A stretch of 32,017 nt of DNA, taken from assembly GCA_051941275.1 (NCBI GenBank), contig JAVEBF010000088.1, forward strand, positions 1-32,017, given 5' to 3'. Both the position numbers and the translations under genes were made by a program. Shown in pieces: positions 22,691 to 32,017 of the stretch. Below the pieces are notes generated by a model. The model was given only the letters and a program-made list of their open reading frames with translations, was not told where the DNA came from and searched no databases. The first letter of the stretch is position 1. Every line of letters starts with the position of its first letter. The stretch is from Dirinaria sp. TL-2023a. Its lineage: Eukaryota.

Positions 22691-24154
22691 TCACAGTGAG
22701 GCATTTTCGTCATTGTCGCTACTCGCAGCTTCGGACTTGTTGTTTGGTGATGAATCGCCCGCTTTCCTTGAAGCATTCGAAGCGCTGCCTTTTCCACAGC
22801 CTTTGACTAGGATGTGTCTCTGCACCGCTGGTAAGTACATGTTTGATTTCGAAGGACAGGATAAAAGACCAACCTTGAGAGCATCCTTCCTCGAAAAACT
22901 CTTCTCGCAGTGCCCGCAAGGAAACGGCTTGACAGCCAAGTGTATCCTCTTATGCCTCTTGAGATCGTGATTCCTGTTGAAGCTTTGAGGACACTGGTCG
23001 CATTTGAAAGGTCTCTCGTTGTGCGCTGTCTGTTGTGCAGGACCATACATCTGCTGCATATGGGCAGCTGCTTGCCCGCTGTTGAAGGTATATGGCGTCA
23101 CATTGCCTGGCATCGTGTGGTGGGGCAATCCACCTACAACGGTCATTTGCTGATTTGGACTATGCATGTTCGACATAATGGGACCAGGTAGGGAGTAGGC
23201 AGGATATGGTCGCATGAAAGACTGAGCTTGTGTAGGTGGTCCGGACTGGAAGCCAGGTATTTGTCCATTGGTGGGAGAGAGCCTAGAGGTTTGAGCATTT
23301 GCACTCAATGGACTTTGTTGAACGGGTGACGGGTTGTGAAAGGCAGGGAAGTTGCTCTGCTGGGGAGTGGATGAAGGTTGCGAACCGCCATAGTAGCTAG
23401 GTGTAGGCGGAGGTCTTTGCGAATAATTATCTGTGGCATTGGTGGGAGACGCTTGGGTGGTCGTGGCAGATACCGGTGTAGGCACACCCATCAACTGTGC
23501 TATCGCTTGCTGCTGCTGTTGCTGATGTTGTTGCTGTTGCTGAGCAGCAATAGCTGGAAGGGTAGTAGGAGCGGGCATTGACATTGAAGTGGGGAACGGC
23601 GGCAGTTGATTGAGGTCATAAGGTGGAGGTGGTAATCCCTCGGATGTTGTAGGCGAGTTGGTATTGTTTCTGATCAGAGATCCTAATGAAGATGGCGAGA
23701 GGGCTGCGCGAAGGGGAAACAGAGGGTTTGAGTTTTGACTCCATGGCTGCGGCGTTGTACCGGAGCTCATGCCAAGAGGAGTGGTGCCTGATGCTGTTTG
23801 TTGCCAGAAGCCGCTCGGCGTAAATGGGGGCAGGCCTTGAGCGGCGGCTGGGCTACTACTGTTGACACCGGAAGATACTGGGCTAAGATTATCACCAGGG
23901 ATATTGGATGGTGGCGTAAGGAGATTTCCCACACTGAGCGTAGCGGGCGCCTGTTGTCCAGTGTTGACATGCTGGAGGGGAATGTATTTCTGGTTCAGCA
24001 GTTGAGGTGGCGGCAGCTCGAAATTCGGCAGGTTCGAAGCATTGGGTCGGCGTGCGGTAAAACTCGAAGCGGGACCTGCCGGCTCAATATTTGAGCTCAT
24101 TCCTGCTTGATGGACCGCGGCTGTTGGCCCGCTACCCGACGCCTCCCGGTTCAT
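22691..24154 (-). CDS. Pro/Gln/Ser-rich zinc-finger transcription factor with one C2H2 and one C2HC finger, ~469 aa from the first AUG (true start uncertain)
   Basis: Exons 24154-22874 and 22819-22691; the intron 22873-22820 is GTTGGT...CAG. The spliced fingers read FKCDQCPQSFNRNHDLKRHKRIH-LAVKP-FPCGHCEKSFSRKDALKRHILVKGC. The ORF-track start at 24298 is a TTG. The first in-frame ATGs are at 24154 (MNRE) and 24100 (MSSN). Confidence 0.88.
   Translation of the reverse strand: MNREASGSGPTAAVHQAGMSSNIEPAGPASSFTARRPNASNLPNFELPPPQLLNQKYIPLQHVNTGQQAPATLSVGNLLTPPSNIPGDNLSPVSSGVNSSSPAAAQGLPPFTPSGFWQQTASGTTPLGMSSGTTPQPWSQNSNPLFPLRAALSPSSLGSLIRNNTNSPTTSEGLPPPPYDLNQLPPFPTSMSMPAPTTLPAIAAQQQQQHQQQQQQAIAQLMGVPTPVSATTTQASPTNATDNYSQRPPPTPSYYGGSQPSSTPQQSNFPAFHNPSPVQQSPLSANAQTSRLSPTNGQIPGFQSGPPTQAQSFMRPYPAYSLPGPIMSNMHSPNQQMTVVGGLPHHTMPGNVTPYTFNSGQAAAHMQQMYGPAQQTAHNERPFKCDQCPQSFNRNHDLKRHKRIHLAVKPFPCGHCEKSFSRKDALKVGLLSCPSKSNMYLPAVQRHILVKGCGKGSASNASRKAGDSSPNNKSEAASSDNDENASL
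23507..23542 (-). repeat. CAG/CAA microsatellite encoding a polyglutamine tract (QQQQQHQQQQQQ) in the transcription factor
   Basis: Seen in the sequence and in the translation. Confidence 0.85.
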
Positions 24155-24724
24155 TCGAGGTGGCTTGTATGCTTCTGTCTCTGCACCTGGCGGTGTTGGC
24201 AGAGTATGGGATGGCGGTAGTGGGGTCGCCGTGGTCGCACCAGGCCAGTACTGACCAGCCTGCGCGACCTGCGGATTTGAGAAATCCAGGGAGGGCAACT
24301 GTATTGCGAATGGCCGGCTTGGCTGTCTTGGAGTGGAGTGTAGGGGCTGGTAGGAGATGGCTCGCGCTGGAAGCGGCGGAAGAGCCGCCGTCGTGAACGA
24401 TAGATCGAAGGCAGGAGCTTCGAGGTCGGGTTAGTGAGATGCTGAGTTTGCGGTGGTTGACAGCTTTGTTCGCCGACGGGACCAATTGACCGGTTGACCC
24501 GTTTGTACGGCTGGCTTCACGAGTCCAACTGTTGTTGAGCTGAAAAATCCTTCGCGTTGGAGATTTCCTATCAAGTAGGGGACGGGGTACTTAAACGAGC
24601 TCGAAACGATTTTGTGGTTGTGCTGGTGCGACAATAATAATGCTCACGCTCAGTCGTCCAAACTGCAGAAGCTCCAAGCTTAGTATTCTTCCGCGAGTTC
24701 CTCGGCAAGCTGTCAAAAAGCACG

Positions 24725-24744
24725 TTTTTTTTTTTTTTTTTTTT
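24725..24744. repeat. T20 homopolymer (A20 on the transcription-factor sense strand)
   Basis: Read directly. Confidence 0.85.
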
Positions 24745-25440
24745 GATCGATGCAAGATTTGTGCAAGATCGGGTGAGAAGCTGAGGACGCAAGATGATAT
24801 GGTGTAACGAGGGTCGAGGCAGGGAGTCAGGCAAGGTAAGGTAAGGTAAAGTCGGACAGCAGATGGACGATAGCGAGGTGGGAAAGCTCTGGTAGTCTGG
24901 GTAGGAAGGATTGACAGGTACCGATGGAGATCCTCGTGGACCTTGCGCGCGATCAGCGCACTGTACTGGACTAGAATCGCTGCCGGTCGGGGCGAGGAGG
25001 ATTAGAGGCCCAGGCGGTTGGGACTCTTTTTGCCGATCGTTGCCCCAAAGGACAAAGAATTGGAAAAAGGGTCCTTGCCGAACAAGTAGAACGGCCCAGA
25101 CAAAAAACCCTCGAGGGACTCTCGAATGATCGCCTTGGCCTTGGTCTTGGCCGACCTGGAACCCAACCCTCAAGGCAATAATAATAAGGTAACCTTCTGT
25201 AAAGTAAGGTAGTGATGATAATAATTTGTGAAAATGTTGTTGTGTCAGATCAAGGAATCCAAGGGCTAGGCCGTCAATAGTCTCCCAGGAATCGTCAGTA
25301 CACTGTACAGAGGCCACACCACCAAACAAGTATCACGGTTCGCTCGACTCAATTATGGACGCCAGGTACAGGTAAGGTAAGGTGCTGGTGGTGGTGGTGG
25401 TAGTAGTACCTTAGTTGTAGCAGTCGTTGGTAGCGGTAAG

Positions 25441-25476
25441 TAGTGGTAGTGGTAGTGGTAGTGGTAGTGGTAGTGG
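25441..25476. repeat. (TAGTGG)x6 microsatellite
   Basis: Read directly; it sits in a GGT/TAG-rich tract at ~25381-25490. Confidence 0.9.
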
Positions 25477-27339
25477 GTGGTAGTAGGAGTTGGGCGCAAT
25501 AGAGAGCCAGATTCCGCTCCCCTTGGTCTTGGATTAAGCTTGTTGCTGTCGTTTTTTAAATGCGACTTGGCGTGAAATGGCGGATTTGGCCGTTGTCAGC
25601 GCCCTGGATCGTGCACAGGATGGTTGGTGGATGGGCGTGACACTCTGACGTTGGTGCTCCTCTCCTCCCAAGGATGTCGCGATTGCCACAGAAAGATGAG
25701 GAGAAAAAAGGTGGGCAAGATGATACTGTAGTAAGGTATCCTTCAACGTGCTTCAGCCCGGCCTCAGGAAAAGCAGAACCCCTCTAATCAAGTACATGGG
25801 TGGTCCCAAGGGATCCAGATTCCATTCTTCGCTTCAAAGGGTTCCCTTTCGGACAAAGGCGCAATGGGGGAGAAGCGCGTGCTACAAGCAGCTAATGTAC
25901 GCTCGCAGGTCGGGTCTACTTTCACTATTTCTAGACCCCTCCCAGATTGGCCAGAGGCATGGTGCGCGGGATGAACCAGCGTAACCTTTCCCTGTTCGCG
26001 CTGCTCTACGCTTGCCTGTGGGGTCTACATCTCTAGTACCTCAGGTTGTTATCGCGACGAGGAAAGCGCACAAGGCGATGGGCAGGGCGTTTACGAATGG
26101 GAACACGCCATATAGCGGGCGATCGGAGATGGGGAAAATTCTACGACTGAGATTTGCTCCGTAGTGCCCTGGCCAATTTTACAGCTTCTCCGCGCACGTT
26201 TTTCGCAGTGCACAGCAGCTCTCGAGTACAGCAGAATCTGGCATAAGACTCGAACGCCTTCCCACATGGCAGCTCCTGCTCCAACTCGAGTGCTGCGGGG
26301 TGGCTTGCTCCCTTTGCGTTGTCGGGACCCATCAAAAGGAGAAGCTGAGGGTGCAGCAGACTAGTAGGCCTCACAGGCCTGGTATGTCAACGGAATGGTG
26401 TGTTGTAATTGTGATGCCTGCATATCCACTATGCCTCAATGGGGGGGCAGCACTAGCGAATGGCATGGCCAAATCGACCACCGTTTAGCCAGCTTCCCTA
26501 GTTCAAAGGCCGAACAGGCCGAAGTAATAATAATGTCACGAGCTTAGGTCCTTCCAGACAGAACCCTGATCACCTATTCGTTCGACGATGTTTATGATAG
26601 ATAATCGATCATTATTATTGCGCTCTGCAATTCGAGGATGCGTAGACCCAACGTCAAAGGATTCGTTGGAGCGCCTGAAGGAAAGTCAGTCTTGGTTTCG
26701 AAGTCACGCAAGGTTTCCGTCAGGTATTGGTGCAGCGACACCTTTCTACCCTCGTTCTGAACGAAGACCACCACTTTGTTTTGCCGCCGGGACAGCAGTA
26801 CAGTAGTCGTAGTAGTCAGATTGCTCCCGGTCTAACGTTTCACTATGGGACTCGTACTCGGCTTCCGAGATCGCCTTGGCGGGAAGTCATCGATTAGAGT
26901 ATTATGGCAATAATTTGCGTGTGTCCGTTTGGGGTAAAGTAAATACGGATATCGCCGGTACTGGACCAATCAGACATCTGATATCCTCTAGTCGTTCAAT
27001 TTGTCAGATTAATATCATCATGCACACTCAGGAGTCATGATCATCGATGAATGTTGCTATCGAATTGACGCTGTAAGCAAGCTCGACGCTTTCGATCAGT
27101 GTTGCGTTCGTAGAAGGAATATATCTATCTCAGCACTAGGAGATCATGCTCGCCGTGTTAGGAAAGGGTCATGATCCATTATGTCGAATTGACGGGGTGT
27201 GGCTTTAGCCACAACAGCGGAATCCGTCCAAGGTCAAAGTGCTAATCTATTTTCGAGCACGTAATGGCCATCCTCCCAGTGTAGAAGGACGATCCTCCGC
27301 AACGCCCGTCTTGCCAATCCGGCCCCATCCGAGAAGCCA

Positions 27340-27364
27340 CACTGGCCGCACTGGCCGCACTGGC
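27340..27364. repeat. (CACTGGCCG)x2.8 short tandem repeat
   Basis: Read directly: cactggccg cactggccg cactggc. Confidence 0.75.
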
Positions 27365-29736
27365 ATTCAGACAACGACATGATTTCCTTCCATAGTAATC
27401 GACAACGTCCACTCTAACCTTTGGCAGCGAAATGTGCGCAGAGTGGTCAAGCTAACGTCGATTCCAGCGATGCCACACTCCTGCCCTCGCCAGCTACGAG
27501 GTAAACACTGACGACTATCGCTGTAGCCTCAACCAATGGCACTGCAGCATTAGCGAGCCGCGAATCTCGATCGAGGAAATTAGTCCAAACACTTCCCAGC
27601 AAATAAATGAACGACAAGGACTCGACCATTGATCACCTGGTCCGTGCATCCTCTGCCATCAATCGTCGTACGTTTTGTGTAAAGTATTATTGCGGCTTTG
27701 TGAAGCACACTTCTCGAGTCCCCATTCATATCATGTTATCAGTCCGTTACCGATACATTAGGGTAAGTACGTACTCGGATCATCAGCGGCCACATCTCGG
27801 AAAACCAAAAGTTTACAACATGCATGACAAACCAACCCTTTGCTCAAGGATCCTGTGTATGTGTGTGTGCCGTCAAGAGCCAAACTTACTATAGTGGAGC
27901 TCTACGCAAGGTAAGCAGTTGCCTTAAAGCAACGCTCAAGGAAAGAAAACCAGTGCGCTGAACCGGCTGACGCCGGAAACTCTGCCATTGTGGTGCTGGA
28001 GTCGCAGCGTGTTCAAACAAATTCGATTGAATGAAGTCTGTCCATGCACGGCTGTTCCTGCGATTACGGAGCAGAAGGTACAGTAACTCCGTACCTTACT
28101 CGCACCCAGCATACGCCCGTAAGGCATTGTCAGCTAAAGGTCGGGTAGCCCACGAGCACGTATCGGGCACATGCATACCACTAACGCATGGAATGGGGCA
28201 CAGGCCCGTAAGACTTGCTTATTCAGTAGCCAATGAGCGAGGCCCAAGCTATTGATTCGATATCAATAGATCGACCTTTTTCATGGGGGAATAATGATAC
28301 ATGCACATTTTATCATTGCGAATCTTACGACTCCACATCCATCGGTGAGAGCATGCGGCTCAAGTCATTAGGCCTTTGCGGAAGCGCAGAGTCTTTACAA
28401 GAATGGGAGGCCTAACCCCTCGAACGAAGAGCTCTCGGCTTTGTAAGCAGCTCGTGCTGATCAGGCTTAGTGGCCTCCATTAACGCTACGGGCCTCGCGG
28501 GTGTCCAGGCGTGTCTCTTTCAAATGGAAACCCCCATACTTTGGTCTAATATGCAACATTGACAGCTTCAGCGTAAGCTAGGGGCATGCAATAGTACCTA
28601 GAAGTCCTCGTTACCAACATCGACTGCTGCCACGTGGGAATCGCCGCCTCACCGTCCGCTAGCAGCGCCGTCGGAACGTGAGATCGTACGGCTGAAGCTT
28701 GCAGCATCTGGTTTGCATGGGTCGTGGCTTGCTTTGTGCTACGGGACCAGCATTGGATGAGCATCCACCGGGTTGTCCCCCGAATTTGGAGATCAGCAGC
28801 CGCTCTGTGCTCCTCGGCGTGCATACATGCTTCCGATGCAAGTTAAAAGATTGGCAGGTGTCTTTTGGTTCATCACCTGATGTGAGATATCGACAAAACC
28901 GAGGACTTCCGATTACCGTGGGGCAGGTCCACGGCATCGCCCATCTCTAGACGGGTACATCCATCTCCCATTGAAAAGTCTCCGCTTTTGTCAATGAGCA
29001 TGTTAATTTTAGATCTAAGGCAGGTATCTCTTTGACGGACCAATAGGTTCTGGCCCTGACAGAAGAGTTGCCATCGACTGCCAAAAAACGGATTGATGGC
29101 ACGTTAGCGAAACGGAGAATGTGTCCCAAAATGCTGGAGCCTGACTTGCCCTGAACAAGCTGCGTCTTAAAAGACTATTCCACTCTAAGTTTTTCGGGCC
29201 TGCAAGAGTTCATTTCCGATGCTGCTGTCCTTGGTTTTACCTCAGGGCCATCAAAGCTTAGCGCGACCGACAAGGTCGAGACTTTGAACGGAAAGCCTGC
29301 CTGCCCTCCAGATCATTTGCATCTCTGCTCATACAGAAACTATATGTAGAAAGGGTGAAGGTCCTGGTGACGGCGACACGAACCTTTGCTGCCCTAGATT
29401 CGCGTGTGCAAGGTGGAAAGTGAAATGGGGATGCTGAGATGGGTTTTCTCTTAATGATCGCTATGGACGTGCAGCGGTGTGATGTACCTTATGCCCTTTT
29501 GCGTAGGCTGCGAACCCTCAATGCTCGATTCTGAGAGTTCCGTTCGACCGGGGACTGGGGCATAATAAAGGTTTTAGATACGTGGGGTGCTTCAAATCGT
29601 TCCTGTTATGGTTTATATACTATTGCCTCTTGCCGCACACCGCCTGCGGAGGACTCTGCAAAAGGGTTAAAATTGTCAGGGCCAAGTCAGGGTTTCTTCC
29701 TCCATTCTCTCCTGAGGTTGTCTGGCGTACCTTAAC

Positions 29737-29798
29737 TGAGTACCTTAGGTACTCATAGGTAACATAATACAGGAAAGACTTGCCTTACCTTAAGGTAA
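29737..29798. promoter_or_regulatory. Pair of ACCT/AGGT-core palindromes, possible protein-binding sites
   Basis: TGAGTACCT-T-AGGTACTCA (29737-29755) and TTACCTTAAGGTAA (29785-29798). The palindromes are seen directly; a regulatory role is inference. Confidence 0.3.
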
Positions 29799-32017
29799 TA
29801 TGAATGTGATCTCATATCGAAACTTTCAGGTACTGACACTCGACGCAAAATAGTAAGTATATCTGCCTAAACAGCATTCAATATTCAAGAAACCACCACT
29901 TCTCACTTTCGGATTCTATGAATCTTGCTCTCATGAAGCCTGTCGTAGGTCCTACTTGTTCTCCCTCATGTCCATCCCATTTCTAAACTGACCCCAAGGA
30001 CTGTTCACGCCGCTCATCGAAGTTTCTAATGCCACACCTCGTCCTTCAAGCATAAAATCAAAATCCATCACCTGCCCCTGTCCTAGAACACAGCCTGCCA
30101 TTCTCCAACCCCTCAACCTCACGAGCCAAATTCCTTTCCTTCATCCGAGCCCAGCTCTCCAATTCTTCCATCCCAGAGCAAAACCCTCTACTTCCCCCTC
30201 TCTTCTCATTTACCATGCATACCTCCCCCCCAACCTGTAATCAGCTTCCCTAAATCCAGACCTAGAAACCTAACCACTCCCCGACACTGTAGTGATGCAT
30301 CTATCTTCCCTCCCCGGACCTCTCCTTGCCCATCCTTCCTTCTTAATACCAGTCTAACCTCATACTCCTCCACCGCCGTCTGAAGAAAAGAAGCACCCAA
30401 GCGAAAGAAGGTGAGGTAAGGTAGTACTTATATGCCCTTACAACTAAGACGTTGGGATATAGGACGGAATTGTTGGGAATATCTCTCATCATGCCATCGG
30501 GCGTATTGAATGTGAATCGTCTTAGCGCTATGTATTTATCCCTCATTAGCCATTCCCAACACAAACCCACCATATCTCCAAACACTCAACCTTGCTAGAC
30601 AATTGCCTCTTCGTCTTCGAACCCAACCGTGCACATCTAGATCAGATCAGGCCTCGCCCCTCCCCTTGCCAATCCTCCGAACCAGCATCTAGATCCTCTC
30701 TCTTTCTCTTTCTCCAGCCTGGCACGCCTTCGTAGACCTAATATCTTAAGCATTTAGCATCTCCCTGACCTCATTTCTGCAATATCGTATCTATATTTTC
30801 CTTAGAAACTCCTCGCCTTTTCCACGCCTTCCTTCCGCCCTCGCTTTGAAAAACAGCCAAATCTAATACACAGGCTCCTACCCAAACTATTGTAATAAAT
30901 CCCTCAAACGCAAAAGGGGGGTTTAGATATTCCCTCCACCCCACCCACAAACACGCAGGAAAAACTCCCTCATCACAATTTTCCAGTGCCTATCCCCTCC
31001 CTCCTTCCTCCTTTCTGCACAGCAGCCTAATCTGATCCCCCGCTGCCCCTTTTCACAAAAATTGACCCCCCCCAACAATGAAAGAAAAAATATTATCCCT
31101 CCTGACCCCCAACCCAACATCACAAAACAGGTTGGGAAACATATCCCTCATCGTACAGTGTCCTCGAAATGAAAACCCTGCGCCTACCTCTTTGTATTTA
31201 AAGTACTTGACAGCACCCTCACAGCGAAACCTATCTTCGCCTAAAGCTGTTATGGAATTTAATTGGAGTGGAATTGAGATAGGGTGTGGAGCTATGTGAG
31301 TGGGATGCAGAGCATGCGGGTTGGGTGCTTAGGTGGGGAGGTGATGTAGTTAGGAAATGGACAGATGCGGGAGCTGTTGATATGTGTGAAGGGGGTTGGG
31401 GTTCCTTGACTGTGTGTGTGAGATATGAGAGGCGAGGTGCGAGAGAGAGAGGAAGGAAGAGAAACAAACCTCGGAATGTAGCAATTATAATAGAAGATGC
31501 AGGAATATACACTTTACTTCACTTTAGTTTTCTCACTCAGGAGGAGTCCATCTGGTTCGAAAACCTAGGAAAAGGACAGCCGTTGTGCGGGTATCTCTCT
31601 CTTCGCAATTAAGACTTTTTTTTCCCCAGGGAACTAAAGTAAAGAAGAAATAATCCCTGAGGAAATTTTTGTCATTTTCTCCAGCCTATGCTATAATTAA
31701 TCAATACGCTCTGAGAGGCAAAAGCGTCTGCTCTGCAGAGGTAAATGCTAGCTAAGAAGCAAGTCCGAGACCCGATCGAGCTCATGTCCACACTGTACAT
31801 AGGCATGCAACTTCATGTTTCTGATCATGCTAAGCAAACTTGAATGCCAGTTGCAAAATGCAAAGCCCCCTAAACCCCCTAACCATTCGCCACCTATCGA
31901 TCAAATTGCCGCTCTTCGGGAAACTGAGGAGCTAAGAAGGAAAGAAAGCAAGCGAGCAAGATATAAATCTGAAGACATCGCCCAATGCAAAACTCTTAGC
32001 CAAGCTTCGGTATGCTA

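Noticed and set aside
22691..24154. Naming the transcription factor as FlbC, NsdC, CrzA or MsnA
   Set aside because: The finger number and sequence do not match my recollection of those proteins; left unnamed.
24571..25329. 252-aa ORF as an independent gene
   Set aside because: It has no ATG (TTG start), runs through an A20 tract and simple repeats, and has no domain; considered only as part of the leader hypothesis.
25441..25476. (TAGTGG)6 as an interstitial telomere
   Set aside because: It differs from TTAGGG and grades into GGT/TAG simple sequence.
30270..30550. Intron-like signals (CTAAC...TAG, GTAAGG...TAG) suggesting a small plus-strand gene
   Set aside because: The implied exon 30294-30415 has stops in all three frames.

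Overview
Eukaryotic, intron-containing DNA from a filamentous ascomycete (Pezizomycotina; inferred from short GT-AG introns with CTAAC/CTGAC branch points and from the gene families). Five protein-coding genes can be reconstructed by hand. These are the 3' part of GNA1 (glucosamine-6-phosphate N-acetyltransferase, +), a membrane-anchored RGS-domain protein (-), a protein with a C-terminal CorA-type GMN transmembrane module (+), a Gin4/Hsl1-family kinase with a KA1 domain (-), and a Pro/Gln-rich C2H2/C2HC zinc-finger transcription factor (-). Between the CorA-like gene and the kinase lies an ~8.3 kb block with no intact gene. It holds decayed reading frames, a RIP-like composition that includes CC/GG depletion, and a tRNA-like Pol III promoter relic. 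The last ~7.8 kb is gene-free sequence upstream of the transcription factor. The most striking unexplained signal is at that transcription factor: ~1.64 kb upstream of its first AUG has no sense-strand ATG, an in-frame open extension contains a well-placed ACG, and a stop-free 3n intron splits the second zinc finger. I found no transposase, Starship captain recombinase, CRISPR or other recognisable multi-gene system. All counts were made by hand and no database searches were run.
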